A stretch of DNA of 64,000 nucleotides, taken from the NCBI RefSeq assembly GCF_009914755.1, contig NC_060931.1; one strand, 5' to 3'. Each line of letters starts with the position of its first letter. The first letter of the stretch is position 1. A program made the translations under genes and the position numbers. Below, piece by piece: positions 22,620 through 44,369 of the stretch. The notes beneath the pieces were generated by a model. That model was not told where the DNA came from. It was given only the letters and a program-made list of their open reading frames with translations, and made no database searches. The DNA comes from the human T2T-CHM13v2.0 reference genome, Homo sapiens.

Positions 22620-23292
22620 GAAACACTGTCTTGCTTTTAATTTCCAAGCTGCCTTGTTATTTCTTGGGAGTAGGCCAAGCTAACTTTAGGAGGAACTTAG
22701 TTTATAGTTTAACTTTGAAACAAAGATGATAACAGCCCTTTCCTGAAGCCAACCTCCTTCTTGCCTGGGGACCAGAATGCTTTTGTAAGACTAACACATG
22801 AGCCACAAGATTAGAAATTGTGGTTTGAGTCATGCAGCTAGAGGCCACAAGATTCCAAACCTCCCCAGTTGCTCCTTAGGATAACACCACTATCATCAAC
22901 TCTAAGATTGGTGCTCAAGATATTTTTCAGGCTCTGCATTCTGATGCACCAGGTGCCACCACCCACACCACTAATCTGGCTCAACCAGTTCTGTGATCCC
23001 ACCCAGGAACAGAAGACAGCAAGAGAATCAACTTTGACTCTCCATGGTTTCATCTCCAACCCGACCAATAAGCACTGCCCTCTCCCTGGCCCCCTACCTG
23101 CCTAATTATCCTTAGATGACCCATCTCAGGATTTTCAGAACCTGGTTTGAGCAATAAAGCTCCAGTGTCCTTTAGCCAGTTTCTGCATGCAGCCAGTTTC
23201 TGCATGCATTAAACTCTCTATTGCAATTCCCCTGTCTTGATAAATTGGCTCTACCTGGGCAGCGAGTAAGGCGAACCTATTGGGCGGCTACG
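22620..23292 (+). mobile_element. LTR8-family (ERV1) solo LTR
   Basis: taggccaagctaactttaggaggaacttagtttatagt...aaagatgataacagccc...gatcccacccaggaac...ttgcaattcccctgtcttgataaattggctct...gggcggctac, matching LTR8/LTR8A as I recall them. Confidence 0.75.
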
Positions 23293-23758
23293 CCTGAGAT
23301 CTAATGACAGGCTGCACGTGAAGCCCAGACCAGGCACCTGTCTTACACCACAGGGGGATCCAGTCCACAGAACCAGCGTCCTTCCCTCCTGGAACGGACC
23401 TTCCCAAAGCCAGAGGGGCTCTAGGCGGCTCAAACAGGGGCTTCCCGGCTACCCTGGTCCCAGGCGGGACCACTCAGGTTCCTTCTCCAAGCCCCCTAGG
23501 CTGCAGGGCAGGCTTCCCTAGGGGCAGGCCCAGGCCTATAGCCCGGGACCCGCATCCCGGGCGAGCTGCACCCTCCCGAGACCTTCCCCATCTGTACAAT
23601 GGGGACAGGACAAGGCCCAGCAGGCCGGCTGGCGGGGGTTCCGGCGACAGAGGGGGACAGCGGGCGAGCACGACAAGAGCACAGGCCCACGTGCGCACCG
23701 GCGGGGAGGAAGTAGCCCGGCGCCCCGCCCGCAGCGCGGACCGGAAGTGCTGCCGTAA

Positions 23759-24718
<960 letters not shown>

Positions 24719-26037
24719 TGACCCCTGTTCCTGCTTGGCCCTCACTCACCTCACTCCCCTGTCCCCTTGCTCCCCGCCTCCACCCTCCACGCCCCAAGCC
24801 CCGCCCCCCACCTGCCTGCTCCCTGTGCCCCCTCCACCTGCCTATCCTGTGCCATCCTCCTCCTTGCACGCCGCCCTCCCGCGACCCTCACCTCCCACCC
24901 TCCTCCCTGCCTGAGCCCCCTCCACCCCACCCGGGCCCACGAGCCAGCGCTTCTGTCCAGATACCTGGAAACCACCGCAGAAATTCCTGTTAGGCGGTTT
25001 GGGGTGGGGTGTGCCCTGATAGCTGCCCCCTTTCCTTCCCTCGGGGGCTTGCAGGACTTGCACCTGGTTGAGGGCACGCGCTTTGAGACTCTGCTCTGGT
25101 CATTTCACTTTCTGTCCCATTCATCCTACTCCCCTGCCTTTCCGCTCTGGCTTGGACCACTGTCCTAAGTGGAAGGAGGCCGCTTCTCCCCTCCACTTTA
25201 TAACGTTCCCCATCTTTTTTAGAGCTCTGATCTGATCCGGTCGTTCCCTTTCCTTAGCTGGCCATTCCTGCAGGGTCTTGCCCTTTCCCTCCCCTGGCTG
25301 GGATGTGGAATGATAGCAGGCGCCTGCTTCCTGCTGGCGGGAAGGCTTTCCGAAGGAGGGAACACTGATGCTATAAATCCGTGGGCGGTAGGGAGCAGGA
25401 AAGCAGTGAGGGATCTGGCCAGCTCAGGCCGTCCCAGTGATGTCCCAGTGATGGTCTGAATGTAGTGGGAAGTGCAGGGGGTGTCAATAGAAGTGATAGA
25501 CCCGAGTTCAGGTTGTTAAAAGATCACTGCAGCTGCGTGGAGAATAGATTCCAGAAGTAGAGGAAGAGCTGGACTTGGGGAAATGCCGAGATTTCCACGT
25601 TGGTTAACTTTGGATTTCACATGGTCCAGAACTCCTGTGGAGCTTGGGGAAGAACCTTGGGCTGGATGGACATGGCCATTGAGAATTCCTGGCATTTAAT
25701 GTATTTCTTCTTCATCCTCAACCACTTCCCTACCCAGTCTGTACATCAGCCCCACGAGCTCCCTCCCTGGACCGTAGGTTCCACAGGACAGCACTGTGCC
25801 CATCTGTGCCCCAGCCCCAAGCGCAGCCTGCTGGGGTATGTGCTCACTGGTTGCTGTGGGGTGAGGGACTGTGCCTCTGCCTGGAGCATCCCCTCATCTC
25901 CAGCACCTCTGGCCTTCCTCTCCCCTGGGTGGGGGGCCTCACCTCTGGTCTCGGTCACACTGGGCAACGGCAGAGAGGTTGAGGCGCTCACCCAAAGTCT
26001 CACTGGAATAGCCGTTTCCCAGACGGGCCCCAAGTAG

Positions 26038-26511
<474 letters not shown>

Positions 26512-26660
26512 TAAGCCTCTGGGTTGCACAGGTGTCATCAGGGTGGGACGCTTGTCCCTGAGCCTCTTCCTGTGCCGGGCGGTACAGAGCTCTCCTTGGC
26601 AGCCTGGATTGTGTACTGTTCATGCAGCAAGGACCTGGCGTAGGAGAGGAAGGGAGGTGA

Positions 26661-27008
<348 letters not shown>

Positions 27009-28294
27009 TAACTAACTCACTTGTTCTTTTTTCAGAGTGCTGTATGCACCAAATGTCCTTTCATTATTCCTAGTCACAGGACGTTCCTGTTCACATCTTG
27101 GAAAAACTAGAAGAGAGCTGAACTGTTTTAATGTTTGATGTTATGAATTCCAAGGATGTTAGAAAGGATGACTTGTGTAGTTATTGTCTCTTAGGCACAG
27201 TGTGCACTTCAGCAGTTGCAGAAGGTTCCTTAGTGCTCCCATCCATCAAGACGCACTTTCCCGAAAAGCCACCATGGTTGGTGGACCTGGACTGGGAGAA
27301 GAGTGGAGTCGGGGTTGGTTTGTTGGGGATAATTATGTCGTTGGGCTTTGGAACCCACCAAGAGACGGGCAGGCAGGCAGGCAGGAGTCCTACAGATGGG
27401 GCTGAGTGTTGGCTTTACTGCTGGCAGAATCTGGCCTGGAGGGCATGTCTTGGATCTGAGGCCCCAGTGACTTGCTAAAATGCTACACACTGTGGCCACC
27501 GGGGAAGCTGAGTGACCTCTGATCTTTCTGTCTCTGAGTTACCTGTCATCGTAGTCAGACATGTGATCTTTTGTGTCTGGCCTCTTCACTGTGCATGGTT
27601 CCAGGTTTCAGCCTTGAAGAGGTAGGTTTCCTGATGAGAAATGGCTTGAAGGTGGTGAGTTGAAGAGTCACTCGGGGTATTCTGGGGCCAGGATGGAAGC
27701 CCTGACTCGCTCCCTCGTCTGTGCTGCTGGGGTCCACCCGTAGGGCCGGCTCCAGGTGTGACATAGCACCTGCTCAGGACACCCCTGCTTTGCCTCCATG
27801 GCCAGGCTTCATTCTCCGGCTCTCTCCCTCCAGCAGCAGAGTGGCTGCCTAGGGGCTGTGCGCAGAGACACAGGGGGACCCTTTCCCACCAGGAGCCTTT
27901 GTTCACCCCCCTTGGTCTCATCAGGCCAGCGGAAGTTGAGTCACCATGTACGCTGGCCGGCCCCTCCTGGAGCTGGCGTGGGTTCGGCACCAGGCAGCAC
28001 AGAGGGCCCCTGAGGACATCAGGCTCTGCCCAGTGGGGAGAAAGTGGGCAGAGTGCGGGGTCAGTGTCCATGCTGCCCGGCACTTGCAGCAGGCACTTCT
28101 GGCACTGGCTAAATATTTGGGCTGCGGAGGGCAGTTCAAGGGGCCAGGGCAAGAACAGAGCCCAGCAAGAAGTGCAGGCGGCCGGCTGGTTTTTCTCTCC
28201 CACCTTCCTTAAGCCTGAGGCAGAGCATGGCCCACAAGGAAAGTGGAGTCTGTGTCATGGGCCAAGTCTTACTCCTCAAAACAGTGTGATGACT

Positions 28295-28635
28295 CTGTAT
28301 GGAGAGCTCTGTGTGAATACTGAAGCTCCATAGCTGATAGCTGTCGGTGTAAGCCTACTGTCACTGTCTAAAAATAACCATCACTGTCTAAAAATACCGT
28401 CACTGTCTAAAAATACCATCACTGTATCGATAGCTGTCTGTAAATACTGGAACTCTGTGGAGCACGCTCTGTAAATACTGGAACTCTATTGCTAGCTGTA
28501 AACGGTGTAACTCAGTATAACTATACCGTAACTCTAAAAATACCATAACTATGTGTCGACAGCTGCCTATAAATGCTATAACTGTATTGGTAGCTATGTA
28601 TAAGCAGCCTACTCTGTATCAATAGCTGTCTGTTA
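28295..28635. repeat. Degenerate AT-rich short-period repeat
   Basis: Recurrent cactgtctaaaaatacc, ctgtaaatactggaactct and gatagctgtc motifs. Confidence 0.7.
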
Positions 28636-28665
28636 GAAAGCTGACATCACATTGTTGATCTAAAG

Positions 28666-28856
28666 CAAGCTTGTCCAACCTGCGGCCCGTGGGCCACATG
28701 CAGCCCGGGACGGCTTTGAATGCTGCCCAACACCAATTCATAAACTTTCTTAAAATGTTACGAGATTGTTTTTGTGATTTTTTTTTTTCTTTTAGCTCGT
28801 CAGCTATCATTAGTGTTAGTGTTATTTTATGTGTGGCCCAAGACAATTCTTCCAGC
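28666..28856 (+). mobile_element. MER30 (hAT-Charlie) fragment
   Basis: gtccaacctgcggcccgtgggccacatgcagccc...ttcataaactttcttaaaa...tcagctatcattagtgttagtg...gtggcccaagacaattcttcca. Confidence 0.8.
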
Positions 28857-29679
28857 ATGGCCCGTTTCTTCCCAATGGGGTTTGCGTCCTATTAGAGACC
28901 CTGCACGGCCCTTCACGTGAGTTTCGTGTGGAGTCACGGTGCTGCCCCTTTTACTCTGATCAGCCCTGCGACCCCGTCCTGGAGCTCCATGTGGGCTCCT
29001 TGCAGACACCTCCACCCCCTCAACAACCCAGGGACTGGTGCCCTGGGACCCCATCCTCTCTGCACAGAAGGTCCTGACTGCCTTCTGACTCGTAGGAAAC
29101 CTTCCAGCAGCCTGCTAGACTCGGCTTAAATCACTGAACTTCACTGGAAGGGCCTGGAAATAACTTCATCTCCTCCTTACAAGGCTCAGAGGCCTCAGAG
29201 CTCACTCAGGTAGCACAGCCAGGTGAGCCTCAGAGCAAGGTCAGGACACAGGCGGTCTAGCCGCCCTGGAGCCTTAGGCCCCGGGATGGTGTCTGAAGTT
29301 GTGGAAAGGGGGTGTCCCAGTGCGGCAGGGGCTAATGCATCTCCCCACGCTCACATGACTGCAGCTCCGAGCCCAGGACACTGACCACACCCAGAACCCC
29401 GGCGAGGCAGGCAGGACGGACGTATGGCCGTGCAGTTGTGAAGCAGGCCTTGAACAAACTGCCCTGTGCCGCCCTCAGGTGGGTGACTCATGGACTTCGC
29501 CCTGCAGGGGTGCCCTGGTTGTCGCCAGGCCTGCAGTCGGCAGCTGCTCAGCTTTGCTGCAGTTTTCCTGCTCGATGTGTGCTGCTGGTGAGGCCACCAG
29601 GCCTGTTCTTGTCAAGAGAGACCTTCCGGGAGCAACAGATGTTACAGGAGAGACTGGGGATGCATGGACAGCTTTTCAG

Positions 29680-35650
<5,971 letters not shown>

Positions 35651-36126
35651 TTCTAATCCATTTATTTTGCTTTTTAGAAAAAAAAATTGAAAAACGTCCT
35701 GCTTTTTTAAACTCTTATATGGCAGTTCGGTGTTCAGTGCTGTTTTTGAACTAAAAGAAAAGGGATAATTCGTCTCATGCTAATTGGAATTTGCAGGTTT
35801 CTTATGATACTAAGTAGAGACTGATAGAAAAGGTGGCAGTCCGTGAGACTCAGGAGCAGCCCCAAATCCCGGCCCTAGCTGTCCTTGCTATCAGGTGAGA
35901 TGTTTGAAGCTCCTTTCTGCAAAAGAAGCCTATCTGTGGGTTCCGACAGACAGGTGGCCGTCCTGGGTGGGGCCCCGCAGAGACCCTGGCACACAGTGCA
36001 GGAGGTCAGGGAGGAGAAAGCAGCGAGGCCAAACCCAGCGAGTTCAGACTGCTCCCTGGCTGCCGGCCTGGGGCAGAGTGTGCTCAGGCCTTGTGGCCCT
36101 GGACGCCTGCCCATCTCCCGGAGAGG

Positions 36127-36336
36127 GCCCCATCACTGTACACCTGTTTGGGCTGGGGGCTGGCTGCAGTCTGGCTTGTCTCAGCCACGCCCTCTGCCCC
36201 ATCACTGTATACCTGTTTGGGCTGGGGGCTGGCTGCAGTCTGGCTTGTCTCAGCCACGCCCTCTGCCCCATCACTGTATACCTGTTTGGGCTGGGGGCTG
36301 GCTGCAGTCTGGCTTGTCTCAGCCACGCCCTCTGCC
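36127..36336. repeat. 69-bp tandem repeat x3
   Basis: gccccatcactgta.acctgtttgggctgggggctggctgcagtctggcttgtctcagccacgccctct starting at 36127, 36196, 36265. Confidence 0.95.
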
Positions 36337-37649
36337 TGACAGGCTTTGCAGCATCTCAGCACATGGCACTGGGTGAGCTTGGAGTTTGCCGCTCACCTGG
36401 ATTAGCGTCGTGGCAGGTGCGGCCGTGGCAGGTGTCGACTGCATTAAACCCTGGGCTGTCTCTGCTCGAGACCTGCCGGCGCCATGGGTGAAGACGACAG
36501 TGACAGTTTGTTCTGTGGGGACTCTCTAGCCAGGTGGTGGAATGGCCGTGGAGCTGATTTGGGTTTCTCTTAGTTGTTATCTGGGCATTTGTATTTGTGG
36601 TTGCTAGTAAGGCCCTGTGTCAGTTAATGACCCCGGCAAACGCGCCACACATTCCTGTGTCCCCTCGCGTGCTTCCCTGCTGCTCGCACGCCGAGAGTCG
36701 CCTGTGCGCACCGCACGGGCAGCGGGAGTCAGGCGCAACGGGCCTCTCCTTGTGTGAACTTGCCCTCCCCTCACGGGACCTTAGTGACGAGCCCTGTCAG
36801 TCATTCTTTCCCATCTTCCAGGTGGCAATGAACTTCGGAGCAGTCAGGCCAGGGCCCGGGTCCCAGGCCGGCAGGGGCGGATCCTAGGTGCGTCTGCTTG
36901 GCTCTGGGCCTTGTTGGAGCCGGGGCGGAGCAGCCCCTCCTCCGAGTCCCAGCGAGTGACCACGCCATGGGCACAGCTGCTGCTCGGGTCCCCTGCACCT
37001 ACGACTGGCTGTGAGCGCTATTGCTAATGGTGCATGGCTGGGCAGAGACGCTTCATCCAAAGTGTCAGGAGGGATGAGGCTCCTGCTCCCCACGGCCCAG
37101 CCAGGGACTGATGGCACCACGGAGTCGGCCCCTGGCCTCACAGGGGACAGCTCTGTAGCTCGTTCACACCCCAGAGCTCCCAGGATCAGTCTGCGGCTGG
37201 CTTCAGCCCCACCGCTTCCTCACCTGGCTTCTTCCTGGCCGTTCCCGCTTCCCTTAAGGAGTGTTGGTGCTGGTCCCCGTCTCAGGCATTGCCCTTTGGG
37301 AGCTTGGCTAGAGCACCTGGTGTGTGTGAAGCTGGTTTCTTCCGCCTGCATAGGCAAGGTAGGCAGAGGCCCTCGTGCCCCCTCTTCAGACACCCAGCAG
37401 CAGAACTGGGGACCCTACTGGTTTCCTCCAGAGTCCCTGGGCTCTGGGACCAGACGCCTTTGAGGTATGGCCACGGTGCACCACACTTGCTGTAGCCACG
37501 GCTCACCAAGCACCCAGGGTGAGACAGGCCCAGCCCGGCCAGGAGGTTTTCATGCAGAAGACTTTGAACACGCTGCACGGCTCAGGTAGCAGCTGGGAGC
37601 CTGCTCTCGCCAACAGGACCAGGCCGGGGCACGGGGTATGTGTGTGTGA

Positions 37650-38072
<423 letters not shown>

Positions 38073-38412
38073 TAAACGGTCATGTGTAGCAGTGGTGGTT
38101 TCTCTTTGCTCCCAGTCTCTCACAGAAACCTGCTGGTGTCCCTTCGTCCCTGTGCTCCGAAGGGATGTGCCGTACAGAAGTCGTCTCGTTTTGTAAATGG
38201 CATTTCCCATCTTTTTAACATTGGACTGAGTATATCGACAGAGATCAGACGGCCCCCTTTGTGTACTGTCAGTAGAGTGCTCACAAGATGAAGTGGAATT
38301 TCTGGTCCACCTTTTCTGGGGTTGGGGAGCTTCCCGCTCTCACGCAATGGGGTCTTTGGGTGACCCGTGTCCTGGCGCAGCCCTGCGGCCTCCCCTGCGT
38401 GCCCTGCCCTGA

Positions 38413-38565
<153 letters not shown>

Positions 38566-39379
38566 TGACCGCGGCAGAGGGGAGCGCCAGGAGGCGAGCC
38601 CTTGTTGGGTGGGAAAGGGGCTTCTGAGCCTGAAGGAAGCTTCAGCTCTTGCAGTTCTGAGCCCAGGCGGCCGCGTCGGAAAGGTGCAGGCGTCTCCCCA
38701 CTGGGCTGGGGCTCCTGCATCCTGGGCAGAGCACGTCTCTCCTCAGCATCTGGAGAGCCCCCATGTGCCTTGCAGTGACCTCTCCCCTCCTCTGGCCAGC
38801 TTTATTTTAAAAAGGCTGTGGGCTTCTGAAAGTGTCCAGCGCACTGCCAGATGGTGTCCGCCCCCCTCCGTTGGCTGTGCACACAAGGGTGCATTGAACT
38901 CTGGGTTCCTGGGCAGCTCTGCTGGTGGTTGGGGGGTGTTGGAAACAGTGGGATGAGGGGCTTATCATTTCACCAAGACAGAGCTCAGCACGAGGGCCAC
39001 GGGTGAGGTGAGGTCTTCTTCATGGTTCCACATGATTTCCAACCTGGGAACAGGGTCTCCTGCTGCGTGGCCTCCCCGCCCTTCCCACATTTGCTCCCTG
39101 GCCATGTTGCGGGCACCCATGTGCATCTCTCCGCAGAGCCCAGCAGGTCTGGCTGAGTCTGAGTGGAGGCTCCCAGGTCCAGCCCCAACACATTTGCTCT
39201 GCCACGCCGCCGGCCCACCTTGGGCTTCATCTGTTTAGAAACCGCCCTCCTCTCGCGGGGCTGAGTGTCTTCCACTTGCACGCGGTCAAGTGCTTTCATC
39301 ACTTGAGTCTATCTGCGGGGCATCTTCTTAAAAGTAAATAATAGATACGCACTGACGAGGACAAAAAGTAGGTGAAGCG

Positions 39380-40048
39380 CAGCCCACATCAGATGCCCAG
39401 CCCAAATCAGATGCCCAGCTCAAATCAGACGCCCAGCTCAAATCACATGCCCAGCTCAAATCAGACGCCCAGCTCAAATCAATCAGATGCCCAGCCCAAA
39501 TCAAGACGCCCAGCTCAAATCACATGCCCAGCTCAAATCAATCATGCCCAGCTCAAATCACATGCCCAGCTCAAATCAATCATGCCCAGCTCAAATCAAT
39601 CATGCCCAGCTCAAATCAGATGCCCAGCTCAAATCAATCAGATGCCCAGCCCAAATCAGACGCCCAGCTCAAATCAATCAGATGCCCAGCCCAAATCAGA
39701 CGCCCAGCTCAAATCACATGCCCAGCTCAAATCAATCATGCCCAGCTCAAATCACATGCCCAGCTCAAATCAATCATGCCCAGCTCAAATCAATCATGCC
39801 CAGCTCAAATCAGATGCCCAGCTCAAATCAATCAGATGCCCAGCCCAAATCAGACGCCCAGCTCAAATCACATGCCCAGCTCAAATCAATCATGCCCAGC
39901 TCAAATCACATGCCCCGCTCAAATCAATCATGCCCAGCTCAAATCAATCATGCCCAGCTCAAATCAGATGCCCAGCTCAAATCAATCATGTCCAGCTCAA
40001 ATCAATCATTCCCAGCTCAAATCAGATGCACAGCCCAAATCAGATGCC
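39380..40048. repeat. Minisatellite, 18-22 bp unit (ATGCCCAGCTCAAATCA+), about 33 copies
   Basis: Directly visible repetition with variant spacers (g, c, atc, atcag). Confidence 0.96.
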
Positions 40049-40177
40049 CTGAGAGATTTGCAGTCTCAACTTACTTCCCATGTCACCTCCCTGGCCTAGT
40101 TGAGGCGCTGAAGTAGCCCGGGGTCAGGTCCTGGAGGGAAATGTATTCCGTCAAATACAGCATTAAAGTAGCTTCTT

Positions 40178-40490
40178 GGCCGGGCACAGTAGCTCACGCC
40201 TGTATCCCAACTACGCGGGGGGCCAGGGTGGGAGGATCACCTGAGCCCAGGAGTTGGAGACCAACCTGGGCAACACAGCAAGACTCCTACTTTACAAATA
40301 TTTTAACAAAAACAAAACAAATTAGCTGGGCGTGGTGGTGCATGCCTGTATCCCAGCTGCTCCAGAGGCTGAGGTGGGAGGATCGCTTGGGTCCAGGAAG
40401 TTGAGGCTGCGGTGAGCTATGACCACACCCCTGCACTCCAGCCTGGGTGACAGAGTGAGACCCCGTTTAAAACAAACAAACAAACAAAAA
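40178..40490 (+). mobile_element. AluJ
   Basis: Diverged dimer with (CAAA)n tail. Confidence 0.9.
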
Positions 40491-40737
40491 ACAGTTTCTC
40501 ATGTCTGGTATTGATGTTTGGTGCCCTGTTAAATCCACGCCTACAGAGCCGTGGCTCCTCCCGAGCCTGTGAATCACAGGGTTGCTTTTCCTCCCGGTCG
40601 GCATTCTCCACCTTGCAGCCCCACCCCACGCTGCACAGTTGCTGTACAGGGAAAGCACACATGTTTGGAAAAGGCACAGAAATTAGTTGCAAGCAAGGTT
40701 TGTTCTGATGGAGTGAAGCCAGTGAGAACGCTCGATC

Positions 40738-41997
<1,260 letters not shown>

Positions 41998-42514
41998 CAC
42001 TCAATCTGTTTTAAAATGTGGAACTTAGACACGAGGCCACTTACGAACTCACTGTTGAACTCACACTCTTGTCTCTGCATCAGTGATGGGAGTGGAATCC
42101 CACGCGTGCTGTGGTGCTCTGTCAGTGCCTCTCCCTCCAGCCGCCTGTGGTGGGCTTCTGCGTTGGTCGGACCTTTAAGCTAAGCTGTGGGTTGTTTGCT
42201 CCTGGTGATTTCAGCTGGGCTCTCCTCACCAATGAGGAAATGCTGCTCCTTAGAGAGGGTCCAGCCTGTCTGCCTAATTCATGCTACACGGAGCCCAAGC
42301 TGCATGGCAAATCGTTCTCCACGTGCTCACTGAGAAACCAGTGGAAGACCCTTCAGGTGTCAGTGGGGCAGGAATGGCAGTCCCCAAGACCCAGGAGGGT
42401 CCAGTCCTTCCCGCTGTGCACCGGAGAGGGAGGCGGGGGGTCGGGGGGACTGTTTCTGGAAGGTACGATCTATGATCCTTGGAATGCGGTAAGGGAGAAG
42501 ACAGAGCGAGGCGC

Positions 42515-42856
42515 ACACGCATACACACACACACACATATTCACATGCATGCACATGTACACACACACCTGTGCACACATGTACATGCATATCGCACACA
42601 CGTGCACATATGCACACGTGTGTACATGCATATCGTCACACGCGTACACACATCCTCGCACATGTGCACACCCATATACACATCTGCACACGTATACACA
42701 TACACACCTGTGCACACACGTGTACATGTATATCCTCACACACGTACACACTTATCCTCACACACGTGTACACACATATACACATCTGCACACGTGTGTA
42801 CATGCATATCACACGTACGTGTGTGTGCACATACATGTACACATGTACATACACAT
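42515..42856. repeat. Alternating purine-pyrimidine low-complexity tract (CA/CACG/TACA)
   Basis: About 340 bp of near-continuous RY alternation. Confidence 0.92.
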
Positions 42857-43294
42857 CCTGCCCTACCCCGCCAACTGTCTGGCCCTGCTAGTAGGTTCCC
42901 GGAAGGGGCTTCCTCCCTGTGGTGGAAACACAGGCTCTTTGGAGGCTGCCTGATTTAGAATTGGTTCAAGGACTTGGGAATGTTCCTGACTGATAATTAC
43001 AAAAACACAGTTAGTTATCCGTGCCGAGGCGTAGAGAGTGTCGTTAGGCACAGAACTTTTGTTTCAAGTGGAGCAGAGTAAATTTAGAATTGAATGACAG
43101 TCAGTCAGTCGCATAAGCACTACGTTGTGTTAGATTTTTGGCATTTTCTCCTCAAATTACTTTTCTCCAGTCTGTAGATTTGAATTTTAAATACGATTTC
43201 TCAGATTTTTTTCTACAGTATTTTAAATGTCAGATCAGAAGATTTTTTGAGTCTCTTCCTCAGAAGTTTGCACTGGCCCTGTATTGCCAAGCAC

Positions 43295-43810
43295 ACACCC
43301 TCCCTGCCGTCCTGCCACCCCCCGCCTGCCGTGCCCAGGGTCTGTGACGCTCTCCTTACTGTCTTGCCCCCCCCTGCCCGCTGGGCCCAGGCTCTGTGTC
43401 CTCACTTTCCCCCGCCCGTCATGCCCAGGGCCTGTGACGCCCTCCTTACCGTCCTGCTGCCCCCCACCCAACATGCCCAGGGCCTGTGACGCCCTCCTTA
43501 CCGTCCTGCTGCCCCCCACCCAACATGCCCAGGGCCTGTGACGCCCTCCTTACCGTCCTGCTGCCCCCCACCCAACATGCCCAGGGTTTGTGACGCCCTC
43601 CTTACCGTCCTGCCCTGTCCAGCGTCTGTGTCATCCCTTTCCCCCGCCCGCCGTGCCCAGGCTCTGTGTCGTCCCTTTTCCCCGCCCGTCGTGCCTAGGG
43701 ACTGTGACGCCCTCCTTACGGTCCTGCCACCCCCCACCCACCTTGCCCAGGGTCTGTGACGTCCTTACCATCCTGCCACCCCCTGCCCACCCTGCCCAGG
43801 GTCTGTGATA
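43295..43810. repeat. C-rich minisatellite, 52-bp core unit
   Basis: atgcccagggcctgtgacgccctccttaccgtcctgctgccccccacccaac at 43421, 43473, 43525, 43577, with degenerate flanking copies. Confidence 0.92.
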
Positions 43811-44369
43811 GCCCTTCCCCCGGGACCACGCTGCATTCACCCTTCAGGGCTGCAGCTCTGTGAGTTTTGAGCAGCACCGCCTCTGTCCCCTGCATGTGGG
43901 CATCTCCACCGCCCAGAACTGCTCATGGGCCCTGGCACTGCTGCTGTGGGCTGCGTCCTGTGTGTCCCTTCCAGGATGTCACTTGCATGAGGTTGTGGGA
44001 GCGTGGCCGCTGGCGTCTGCTCTTTCCTCTCTGTGTCGGAGGCTCATGCATGGCACCTGTGTCTGCAGCACTTTCCTTCTTCGCGTGAGTCACGTTCCCT
44101 CCCGTGGATGGACCATCTGGTCACCAGCAGGGGCATATTCGGGTCCTTTCTAGTTTTTGGCCATCACAGGTAAAGCTGATGTAAACACTTGCAGACTGGT
44201 TTTTGTGAGAGTGTTTTATTGGATAAACACTCAGGCGTGGGGTTGCTGGGCCATAGGTACAGTCCTTACTTTGTTAGAAACTCACCACACACTGTTTTCC
44301 ACACCCTTCGCGCCATGTCGCATCCCCACGGGCACTGGATGAGATTTCCAGGTGCTGCAGTCAGGCCAG

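Noticed and set aside
39372-40116. CRISPR-like appearance and three long ORFs in the 39.4-40.0 kb array
   Set aside because: Spacers are 1-5 nt and recurrent rather than unique, there are no cas genes, and the context is human. The ORFs arise because the unit lacks stop codons.
42111-42958. His/Thr-rich 280 aa ORF
   Set aside because: Product of CA-rich low-complexity sequence.
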